Below are positions 1-11,757 of a stretch of DNA of 64,000 nucleotides, piece by piece; the stretch's first letter is position 1, and every line of letters starts with the position of its first letter. The notes under the pieces are model-generated. The model was not told where the DNA came from. It ran no database searches and saw nothing but the letters and a program-made list of their open reading frames with translations. Origin of the DNA: Aplysia californica (Eukaryota); NCBI RefSeq assembly GCF_000002075.1, contig NW_004797271.1:4047378-4111377 (forward strand). Direction: 5' to 3'. The translations under genes were made by a program, and so were the position numbers.

Positions 1-147
1 TAATTAAGATATAGGATTTTTAAAAAATAAGGAGATTTTACCAGTTTTTACTCTACACGAAATAAGGTTCCCTCGAAAATACTTTGCTACAGTATTGATT
101 CATGGGTGTTCTTTGACATTCAGAATCACCCACTGGCCTGAGAGAAC

Positions 148-3100
148 ATGGCTGCCTCAAGAGCCTCTTATCTAAATGTGCTTGGCGTGCTGCTCATCCT
201 CTCTGGAGCCAACTGCAAGTCTGTCGAAAGCAATGTAACTTTGGCTCCTATCAACATGCCTGAACAAAAAAGATTTGACGCCTCGCTCACGAACAGCACA
301 TGGGTGGTACCATCCCCATGTGACGTCACACAAGACGAAAATTACGTCATTGTCAATTGTAGCTCTCGAATGATTATCAAGCCGCATGCAATATGGTTTC
401 CTAGCAATACCAATTGCCTTATTTTGGCTAACAACAATATACGGATCCTACCCAACGGCACCTTCAGGCATCTGTCACAGCTTCGGTATCTGAGCGTACG
501 CAACAACACACTGAAATTTCTGGAAGACGATGTCTTTGATGGTTTAGGCAGTCTTGAGCATCTCGATTTGGAAGACAACGGTCTTGCGTCCTTATACTGT
601 TGTGCAACAGTTCCATACGACTTGGAATCGTCTTCTGTTCCTCCTGGAATATTTGAACCGTTGGTATCACTTCGTGTTCTCCGTTTGAAGAAGAACAGCG
701 GCGGTTGTTTCCGAGATATGTATCCACCTCTCCTCATAGAGCCGCTAAAAAATCTCACTACGCTCAGTCTAGAGGTGACGAATAAAGAAACATATCTTGG
801 ATACTACTTCTCCAGCTTGCCTTTTCTTGAACGACTTGAACTGATGACATACGGAGAAAAAATCACTTCGAGAAGTTTTGAATGCTTGCGGGGAAGTAAG
901 TTAAAGGAACTTCTAATAGAGGAAGCAGTGCGATTAGTTCAGTTTGACAAAGAGGCTCTTGAACCGTTAGATCGTCTAGAAACGTTCGGAGTCTCCAAAG
1001 GTGCAATTGATTTGCACACTTTGTTTCCAGCCCTACGTCCGCTGACAAATCGAATTATGAAAACTCTGCACTTTGTGGAAGTCAACCAGGGAAACAAACA
1101 TTTGCACTTCGTTGGAAAAGGACACGATCTTGGAGCTGTCATTGGGAATATATGTGTAGAGACATTGGTTCTTAGAAACAGTCGCTTGGCATCATTTGAC
1201 TTTGATTGGAGTCGGGAAATACCGCTGACAAGATGTTTACGTCATTTAGATCTTTCTCATAACCCCGAACCTTATTATAATTTGACCTCATGGAAAAATC
1301 TCGAAACCTTCTCAATGACAAACAGTTATAAGAGTTTAGCAAGTGTGTATCATCAGGAATTGTCGATGTATCGCCACCTGGCCTCAAGTAAATTTAAATG
1401 TGTAACGTATAAAGAAATAAAGGTGGTCGGAAATTATTCTTACTTGTTTCCTACTAATCTTCGTTACCTTAATCTATCGCATTCCGAGGTCATTGAACGT
1501 CCATTCAGAGCAAATTTCCTTTACAAAAATGCTGGCAGTCTGACGGATCTTGACATAAGTTACAACCACTTTAAACATATCACGGGGAGTTTGCGTGGTC
1601 TTACAAACCTCAGGAGACTCTATATGTCTCACAACGATCTTTCCGAATTGGTCCTCAACTTCTTAGACTTCTTCCCCAAACTGGAGTTTCTAGATCTGTC
1701 CAACAACCAGTTGAACAAGACTATGATGACCATGCACAGCGGTCGCTTGTTTGCTAAGCTCACGGTATTGAAATATCTGGATCTCTCTAACAACGACTTA
1801 GAACATCTAAGCCCAAACACATTTAGCTCTAACCCTAAACTGGAGAGCTTAATCCTTCATCACAACTCTTTCACGTCGATTCCCGTTTCCCTGAAATTTG
1901 TCCCGAACCTTAACGTATTAAATCTTCAAGACAACGCTATACATGTCTTATCCAGAGGTGACATCAACCAACTCGATGACGCTTATTTGGTAAATAAGAA
2001 CTTAACATTATTGATGGAGAGAAATATGCTTACATGTAGTTGTTCAGGATTATCTTCTTTGACCTGGTTAAGGTCGACAGCTATGAAGATAGATTCAATC
2101 GAACATCTTATGTGCCTGACAGACGACATATATATAATATTTGTAGCAGAAAGTGAACCCCCAAAGGTTCTCTGGAGACATTGCAATGGTCGATTCTTTT
2201 TCCTGATCGCCACAATCATACTCAGTGGATGTATAACCGTGTTCCTGTCTACTGTCTTGATATTCAAATTCCAAACTTATATCAAAACGTTCTTGCTGAA
2301 TGCTATCGCTCCTGACTTCAAGCTGAAAACACCAAAGGACTACAGAACGGGTGTGTTTATCGGCTACGCTGATGCGGATTACGGTTTTCCTTGTGGAGAG
2401 CTGAACACATTCATCGAAAGGGAGCTGGGCCTATCCACCTATATCCGAGACCGTGACCAAATGCTTGGCATGAGCATGGCGGACGGCATCGTGGAGGCCA
2501 TCAACAACAGCTGGAGGCTGGTGCTTCTCGTCACTGACAACTTCCTTGACGGAGACGAGTGGGCACTTTTCACGTTGAAGACAGCCATCTACTCCCAGAC
2601 TCCAGATAACCCACACAGGTGAGTGACCCCTCCCTCCCCCCCCTCTCTCTCTCTCTCTCTCTGTCAAAGGTGTCTGCCTTTCTTCTTTCTTTATATCATC
2701 GTCTTGTATGTCTTGCCTCCTTTGAATGGCGAAAGACAAATGAACACAGATATCTGTATGTGAGATCTTTACTCTTTTATGGTGTCCATCTTTCTTCCTT
2801 TCTGTCCTACACCAATGCTTGTCTGACCCCAGAGTTTATGACTCAATAAATATTTCATCTTTAAGATGATCTATATATAATAATTTCTATTCGAACTTAA
2901 ACTGTTACGAAATTCCGTGTTACACAATATTCTTTCCCAATGCAAAAGCCTTTAGAATTCTATTGTATCTGAATTCATATCTTAGCCTTAATATTTATTT
3001 GTTTCATTTGTTGTGAGACATGACAGCACGATTATGCTGTCGAAAATTCATATGTCTACCTACAGAAAATTTAACAACCAGTAGGTTAAAACTTGAATAC

Positions 3101-3447
3101 CGGTAGTCTTCTCTCTGAATTATTCAATAGAGTATTGCGCTGAAATTTATTTTACTTTTAGACTGCTCTGCATTATATGTAGCTTGTAATGGCTAATTTG
3201 AAGATATTCGTGCATTATTCGGTTACCCATCTGTTTTAGTGATAATCAGCTTTCTCCTATTTTTTCTTTCAAACCCACTATCTTTTCTGTTTTCAGATTG
3301 GTGGTCGTGTGTAAAAACAAATGGTCACGCCGCCTTCCCCTTCAGTTGTTGAGCGCTGTTGTTGAGGATAACTTGATCTGTTTGCCAAGACTGAGGCTCA
3401 ACTATCACTTACGTCAGAAACTCCGGGAAACATTGCTACCCCACTGA
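148..3447 (+). CDS. Toll-like receptor A (single-cysteine-cluster type); coding exons 148-2618 and 3297-3447, ~873 aa
   Basis: Signal peptide, LRRNT (PCDV...VNCSSR), many LxxLxLxxN repeats, LRRCT (NMLTCSC...WL...C), TM (FFFLIATIILSGCITVFLSTVLIF) and TIR (VFIGY...IRDRDQMLG...AINNSWRLVLLVT). The ORF 'stop' lies inside the donor CAG|GTGAGT at 2619. Acceptor TTTTCAG| at 3296 continues in frame as RLVVVCKNKWSRRLPLQLLSAV...LLPH*. Confidence 0.93.
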
Positions 3448-5622
3448 CTGAATGATCACGGGTCATTGTTTCATGTCGAAAGCAAGTGAGAAAGACTCGT
3501 CATTGAGGCTTACTTCTCAGCTCTCCCTGCACCATGATTTATCCACCATCTGTGAACTTTTAAAAATAGATATTTCTAGATTCAGTCTAGTTAAAAAAAC
3601 AACCCCTCCCCTAAAAATATATCTAAAACAAAACAAATAATCAAACACGATATGAGCTTCGTCAGCTTTTGAGTCAGTGACTTGTTTGAACCATCAAGCC
3701 TAGTACAAATCGCCAACTTGTTACAGTTACACTCTCAGTTTTCATATTTTCATTCAGGTAATTTTCCGATAGATCAGTTAATGGATGAATCTCTGAAAGA
3801 TAAACAGAGCCACTCGATACAAGAACGGAAACAGAAAGGTGTAGATATTCAAAGAGATAAATAGATATATGAAAGAATTACTGATGATACAGAAATGAAA
3901 GACACATAGACACACAAACAGACATAANNNNNNNNNNNNNNNNNNNNNNNNNNNNNNNNNNNNNNNNNNNNNNNNNNNNNNNNNNNNNNNNNNNNNNNNN
4001 NNNNNNNNNNNNNNNNNNNNNNNNNNNNNNNNNNNNNNNNNNNNNNNNNNNNNNNNNNNNNNNNNNNNNNCGCAGACATCTGGAGACGCCCAGGGGACAA
4101 ACCTCTGACTTTTATCAGAATAGCTAGACTTATTATTATACTATTTAATGTGTCTCTAGTTTGTCTGGTTGATGCTGTTCTAGCATTGCCATAAAATTTG
4201 TGAAGGTACCATGCTTGTGGTTCCATTGTAAGGACGCGGTTGATGAATAAGATCAGCGTCGACTCGTTCTAAACGTGGATATTGTTCAATGCTTAGAAGT
4301 TGAATAAATTGAAATACCCGTAGCAGAATTGAAGTCATAAGAATTCAGACAGCGATAGACGATAGACTAATGATTTCAAGAAGGTCAGAGTTGCTGAATT
4401 AGGAGTAAGACTTTATTCAACTTCTTTCACAAAGTTGGTCTGACCAGTAGCAGTGAAATAGATATAGAAGAGAGGAAACCATGCTATAAGAACGACTTTA
4501 TGAAGAGACACTACAAACATTTATGGTAGAATGTCTAACAAAAAAGAGGACCCACTTAAAGGGCATTGATCCACCATTAGTGCACTAATTTTAACAAAAC
4601 TTCAAGCAAATAAAATTCAACCAGTGGAACAGTTAGTAAATATCAAGAAAATCCTTCGATGTCTCCGTTAAATATCAAGTTTTAAAAATTTCAACCGAAT
4701 TTGGTTAAAACGCAAAATTTCACTTCTTAGGAACGTTTAGCTACGAGGGCGTGCATGGCCCGTTCTGGTTTCAGGACACGGACGGTTAAACTACGACAGT
4801 CACATCAGATGGATATCTCACCGTGCTGAGAAAGTTTTGGAGAAGTTTGAAGTGGAGAAGATGTAGAGGCCTCGTTCCACTGGGATGGGATCACACCCCA
4901 ACTGTCTAGAGAGGCTCTTGTGTGATTGTAAAAAAATGTTTAGGGAACGCCTTTTAGGGAGAAAGTTTAAAAATGAATGGGCTTCACATTCCCCCAAACT
5001 TGATCCCTTTAAATTACTACCTTTGTTTTTGTTTTTTTTAATTGTCTCCGGAAATAATCAATACACGATCGAACAGTTGAAACTCAAAGTTGAACAGGAC
5101 GTCTAAAGAATGGATACAAAATCACGCCACGGGGTTATTCAAAACGTCCAGTGGTGTTTTGGAGCTTGCATGGAGAGAACTAGTCAATCCCTGGAGATTT
5201 AAGTAGCCGTCACCTCCCACGATTTATTTGGCAATGTAGTTTTTTTTGCATAAATTTGTTCTTCAATGCATGAATGGTGACTGTTTGAAATAGATCAGTA
5301 TGGTTGAAAAGTTTTGTGTTTCAATAAATTTTGGTTGAAATTGAAAAACTTGATTTGTTTTCGAACAGGGTGGTAGATTTGTTTTATTTTGACCAATGGG
5401 ATGCCCCCCCCCCTCCCGGTTGAATTTCATTTTTACCAAGTTTCGTTGAAATTGGTTCAAAGATGACAGAGTTATTGCCCTTTAAACGAGTCCCATTTTT
5501 TATAAGACACTCAGTACAGTACCTTTTCACGAGACAATTACAACCATGCAGTCCATATTGTTTTCATAACAATTAGCAAACTTATGAAAATGTGTATAAG
5601 CATTACTTTCTTTTTGCTATAG

Positions 5623-5663
5623 CACTTCTAAACCTTTAAATGAGGCGTATGGCAGTCTGACAG
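5623..5663 (+). other. Putative non-coding 5' UTR exon of TLR-B
   Basis: Pyrimidine tract + TAG acceptor at 5622, donor CAG|GTGAGT at 5664, and a further acceptor (TTTTTATCCAAACCAG) at 6004 just upstream of the ATG at 6028. Confidence 0.4.
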
Positions 5664-6027
5664 GTGAGTGATTGGAGCCTCTGTTTTTTTTTTTTTTGGG
5701 GGGGGGGGGGGGTAAACCCTTACATTCGTAAAAGTACATGTAGGCTGAATTATCTCCAGGTGACTCCCCCCCCCCCCCCCCCCCATCCACCTAATACCCC
5801 AAGGAACGGGAAGTGGGTGGGGTACCAAAAGAACACAATATTAATGAATATCAGCCGGATCCCCATCCAAAAGGTTTTACAGGTACCTGAGTTAACTCAA
5901 TAATATAAAGGTTTACTTCGTAATAACTTTCATGTTTTTGTAGAACACTATCACACACATATTTTAAAAATTGTCAATAATATTTTTCTTTTTATCCAAA
6001 CCAGAAATTGATGAGACTGAAATATAA

Positions 6028-9000
6028 ATGATGTCTTCCCTGGCTCCATATTTCTTCCTGTGTGGAACATTGATCCTGTTTCACGTAGTATGTCCAAACG
6101 AAAAGAACAATAATCCACCCAAACCACCGTATCCTGCCCCTTGGCTCAACGATCTTTCAGTAATGGCGATGTTCAAAGCCTCTCTTTCAAGTAATTTCTC
6201 AACACCACCACCCTGCGATATCCGCCTCGATGGTAACGACGTTTTAGTCAATTGCAGCTCTCGTATGATCACTCAACTAAACACCACAGGGTTTCCTGAC
6301 AACACAACTATTCTCATCTTGGACAACAACTGCCTAAGCGTTTTGCGGAACAGGACGTTTTCTCATCTCACACAACTCGGACATTTGAGCGCTCGTCACT
6401 GCTACATCAAAGAGTTAGAAGAGAACGCCTTTTTCGGTTTAGGCAAACTTGAGTATCTGGATTTAGAACATAATGCCTTAGCGTCAGCATCCTGTGATTT
6501 TACTATGCCTCTGAATTCTAGAAAAACAGTTCCTTTAAGAGTTTTCGAACCGCTTGTGTCACTTCGAGTTCTTCGGCTGAAAGAAAACTCCCTTCGCTGC
6601 CCAGTTGACATGTATCCAAAACAGTTCTTGGACCCATTAAAGAATCTTACTGTACTGAGTCTTGAAGTGGCAAACACATACCTTGGAAACTATTTCTCTA
6701 GTTTGCCATTACTAGAACGATTAGAACTCATGACGTCTTCGAAAATTATTGATTCAACAAGTTTTGAATGTCTGCGTGACAGTAAGTTAAGGGAACTATT
6801 TATAGACGAGGCTTTGAGATTGTATAGGTTTGACAGAGAGGCCCTGAGACCTTTGGGTAGTTTGGACAGTTTTGGTGTTTTTCGAAGTCCCGTTCCTCTT
6901 CCTTATTTACTTGATGCCACGGCTACTCTAACGAACAGAACCATGAAAGTTTTACATTTCGATGACGTCAGTCGCATTTCTGATGAAGGTATTTTAATCA
7001 GACCATGGTCAGATCGTGCTGGTTTTCTTCCTATGGTGTGTGTCGAAAAACTGATACTAAGAAAAAGTCGTTTGAAATCTCTTTACTTTGATCCTGTCGA
7101 GGCCCGGAGGTTAATGAAATGTGTGAAACATTTAGACCTTTCTGAAAATTACGAACCGTTTTATAATCTAACAGGATGGAGTAATCTAGAAACAGCGGAA
7201 ATAACAAACAGTTACATCGGGAACGCTGAGGCAGAATATAGAAGAAATGCACCGTCCATGACCTTTGTTCAAAGGCAAAGAGGAGACGAATGTGCAGTTT
7301 TTGAGAACACAATCAATGAAACAAATTTTACCTCCCGGTACGTGTTTCCTTCTAAACTTCATTTCTTAAACCTGTCCCATTCCTCCGTCTACAGAACTTC
7401 ATTTCAGTGGGACTTCTTTTATCAAAACGCTGACAGTCTGAGAGTCCTCGACTTAAGTAATAATCAGTACCAACAGGTCACGGGAAGTCTGCGTGGTCTG
7501 ACAAACCTCCAGAGACTCTATATGTCCCACAACGATCTTTATGAGTTTAACCTCAACTTCTTTGACTTCTTCCCCAAACTGGAGTTTCTAGATCTGTCCA
7601 ACAACCAGTTGAACAAGACTATGATGACCATGCACAGCGGTCGCTTGTTTGCTAAGCTCACGGTATTGAAATATCTGGATCTCTCTAACAACGACTTAGA
7701 ACATCTAAGCCCAAGCACATTTAGCTCTAACCCTAAACTGGAGAGCTTAATCCTTCATCACAACTCTTTCACGTCGATTCCCGTTTCCCTGAAATTTGTC
7801 CCGAACCTTAACGTATTAAATCTTCAAGACAACGCTATACATGTCTTATCCAGAGGTGACATCAACCAACTCGATGACGCTTATTTGGTAAATAAGAACT
7901 TAACATTATTGATGGAGAGAAATATACTTACATGTAGTTGTTCAGGATTATCTTCTTTGACCTGGTTAAGGTCGACGGCAATGAAGATAGATTCAATCGA
8001 ACATCTTATGTGCCTGACAGACAACATATATGTAATGTCTGTAGCAGAAAGTGAACACCCAAAGGCTCTCTGGAGACATTGCAATGGTCGATTCTTTTTC
8101 CTGATCGCCACAATCATACTCAGTGGATGTATAACCGTGTTCCTGTCTACTGTCTTGATATTCAAATTCCAAACTTATATCAAAACGTTCTTGCTGAATG
8201 CTATCGCTCCTGACTTCAAGCTGAAAACGCCAAAGGACTACAGAACGGGTGTGTTTATCGGCTACGCTGATGCGGATTACGGTTTTCCTTGTGGAGAGCT
8301 GAACACATTCATCGAGAGGGAGCTGGGCCTATCCACCTATATCCGAGACCGTGACCAAATGCTTGGCATGAGCATGGCGGACGGCATCGTGGAGGCCATC
8401 AACAACAGCTGGAGGCTGGTGCTTCTCGTCACTGACAACTTCCTTGACGGAGACGAGTGGGCACTTTTCACGTTGAAGACAGCCATCTACTCCCAGACCC
8501 CAGACAACCCACACAGGTGAGTGACTTGAAGCGAATGTCACAGGAACATTGCAAAAGAGAAGGCAATAAATGATTGGTTCCCGTTGGAAGCAAATTGTCG
8601 AAACGTTGTAAAAGCTCCCTAAACCAGAGTCACCAACGTTTTACAGTGTTTCTACTACTACTACACGTACAGCTCGCTTAACTAAAAGCTTTTGCGGCTT
8701 TCCACGGTCGTGTTCCGACCGAAAGACGCAGCAATGTTTTATTTTACATTCTATCTGGAATTCACCTTAAGAAAGTGCTTGCATTTCAGAGAAAGCGGCA
8801 TTCTCTCCCTTACTTTCAGGGCTAATACATGTATTAATAAGGCCTTTTGAAGACAACCGTTGGTTATCAGACTCCGTGTCAGCATTATCCATAAAGGTAA
8901 GTTTGGGCGAATAAAACTGAGATATCACTCTCAGTCACATTGTTGTAGTCGTCGCTCACTCAGGGCAGTGGGCTCTTTCGTCTTCTTAGGTTCTCGCATG

Positions 9001-10026
9001 GTAGATCTGGCGACTGTGGCATCTTTGCTTCAGTTAAAATCTACGAAGTTTGGAGATATATGTGATGTTTTCCCCGAGTTAGACTCTGTTCCCTTAAATT
9101 TTGGGGGACTGTTTAATAGAAACAAAAATCAGAAACACCACCCTGAAGACTGATTTCTGTTTACACGTTCGTAGGAATAAATCGTACAGAAGGGAAACTG
9201 ACTAATGTCGTAGCGTGTTTCTTCTGCCTCTTGTGAAAAGCCATCGAATGGTTTGTGCAACAACACGAAAACTAGCAGACTGCTTTCTTGACACATGTTC
9301 TCTCGTTTGCCGAACTCAAAATGGATAGACATGGATCTTTTTGAAATACTCACTTGTTAATCCTACCCTCTCATTTCCCAGCGCAAAATACATGTATAAC
9401 ACGCTACTTTTCCGTTACACCAGCGCGAATGTTGTGATTTTTGCCCCAAGAAGCCATTCACTGTTACACTTAATTTCCCTATGATACATTGTAGCATGCC
9501 CAGTTTTTGCCATAGAGTTACCCTGTTGTATGTAACGAGGGATAGGGTGGGAGAGTGTATGAGAAGGGAGAGGGGTGCAATACATGCATACCTACACTAC
9601 ATACACTAGCAGAGNNNNNNNNNNNNNNNNNNNNNNNNNNNNNNNNNNNNNNNNNNNNNNNNNNNNNNNNNNNNNNNNNNNNNNNNNNNNNNNNNNNNNN
9701 NNNNNNNNNNNNNNNNNNNNNNNNNNNNNNNNNNNNNNNNNNNNNNNNNNNNNNNCATTGTTTGATGCTATCTAGTTTTTGTGCCCCACTGGCTGGTGAA
9801 AGCGCACTGTCAATGTCTTCCAACGTGATGGATCAATAAACAATATTTTTATCGATATTTTATCTCCTGTTTCAGAGTGGTGGTCCTGTGTACGACCGCT
9901 GTTTCCCGTCGACTTCCCCTACAACTGTTGAGCGCTCTGACTGAGGACAATTTCATCTGTCAGCCGAGACTGATGCTAAACTACTACTTACAACAGAAAC
10001 TCCTGGCAACATTACTACCCCGCTGA
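6028..10026 (+). CDS. Toll-like receptor B, tandem paralog; coding exons 6028-8516 and 9876-10026, ~879 aa
   Basis: Same architecture as TLR-A. Donor CAG|GTGAGT at 8517 and acceptor TTTCAG| at 9875 give RVVVLCTTAVSRRLPLQLLSALTEDNFIC...LLPR*, homologous to TLR-A exon 2. Confidence 0.93.
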
Positions 10027-11167
10027 ACGATGAACAGAATCTGGAAAGTGAGACAAGACTTGAGGCAAGAATAGGCAAGACTACAATTGTTTTGGTACCT
10101 GTACTAGCTACATTCCAGTAAAATCTCCCCCCCCCCCCTTTCGTCCCCAAACGCTCTAGCCTGTGGTATCTGACTCCCCCCCCCCCCCCCCCAAAGAAAG
10201 ATTTGACAGGGTTTGCGGAATGAAAAAGGTGGGTCTAACTGGTCTAACGTGTAAAATCGTTATCTTTAAATAATACACCGGTACACAATAAAGATGGGAG
10301 TTGGTGACGGTGTCTGAAAATGGGTCACGATTCCGTGACTTATGTTTACGTTTCAAAATATTGAAAGAAAATAATATTAAAGAGATTTTTTTTTTAAATC
10401 AGCGCAATACGACAAAGATCCTGCACCATAAGACGGTTTACTCCTCTCTTTGAGCAACGAAAAAAACCCCCAACGTCTTCAAATAGCGGGTGGCGTCACC
10501 TTAGACATTGTGCCCTTTTCTGGCGGTGTGAATCATCTTGTAGTAAAGATTACGATAAGGTTCGATTACCCACATACATAGATAATGCAGAGATGTAGAG
10601 ATGAATATTATATCTTTATTAATGATTTCATGCTATGTTGTATCAAAGATCGTATGGTGAACCGGGGCAATTCCACCCACGGGGTAATTCCACCCACTTT
10701 GAACAATTTTAAGGGACAAAACTCTGCAAATCATTTGAGGAGAGTTTTGCCACTCATGATTATTGAGTTACATCCCCTGGACTTCCTTTTCCTATTTCAT
10801 CAACTTTTGAACCTGTGGATGTTGAACAGCAGCCTTCTTAAAGAGCATCCTCAAGCATCAGCAAAGTAAGTAGACCTAACGTACTTTTTGATGCTAGACC
10901 TTGTGTATTTATGGTGGATGAAAGTCTAAAGTATCTTTTAAAATCAATGAAGTGTTTATTTGTCTTCATTTTATGCACCAATAAAGCCATTATAAAAGAA
11001 AATTCTTCTGTTATGGTCATGGATCTACATAGTACAGTTGGGGTAAATCCACCCACTTGGCTATATAGCCAGATAGTTCACTCTGCCAAAAAGGTGTCCG
11101 CGGAAGTCCGCGCATTGATTCAGATGGCGCTGCAGTCTTTTTTTTAAAGATCTCTTTCGTTTCTGCA

Positions 11168-11189
11168 GAAGAAGAAGAAGAAGAAGAAG

Positions 11190-11221
<32 letters not shown>

Positions 11222-11258
11222 GAAGAAGAAGAAGAAGAAGAAAAAGAAGAAGAAGAAG
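11168..11258. repeat. (GAA)n microsatellite
   Basis: Directly visible trinucleotide run. Confidence 0.95.
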
Positions 11259-11757
11259 AGCACAGCTTGTTAGTTTCACTTCTATTGTTTTTCACACAAG
11301 TAGAGTGACTATGTTCGAAAAGCGGGCGCTTTTTCGAAGAGGATGCCATCGGATTTTAAGGACAATTGTTTAATTGGCTCAAAGACAGGAGTGAACTATC
11401 TTGCTATGTACGATCTTTGGTTGTAATACCTTTGGTACTACCACCACTAGATCTACCAGTCGAGACACAAGAATTCCCGTTCGTATCGTACAACATGTTC
11501 TTCAGCTTCCAGATTTCAGACCATGACCTAGTTATCAGAGGAACTCATTTTGATAGAGACCATGATTCTTCACTAGTTCTTCATTGTGCACTTAAATGAC
11601 GCAAGTTCGATCCTTTTTTGGGAAGGTTATAGCTTTCATTGAGTATTGCACTTCTTCTTCTAGAAGTAGTACAACGTAATACAAATGATAGGATGTATTC
11701 CAAGAAGAGGTGGATGGCCCTGACAGGCAGGGTCATTCGAAGCAGCCCACCTCCCAG

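Noticed and set aside
148-2622. TLRs as single-exon genes with truncated TIR (ORF-track ends at 2622 and 8520)
   Set aside because: The stops lie within GTGAGT donors, and homologous in-frame second exons exist for both genes.
4560-5481. Possible Kolobok element (TTAA|AGGGCA...TGCCCT|TTAA) between the TLRs
   Set aside because: The inverted match is only ~7 bp, which is insufficient.
11017-11349. Poly-Ser / poly-Leu ORFs
   Set aside because: Translations of the (GAA)n microsatellite.
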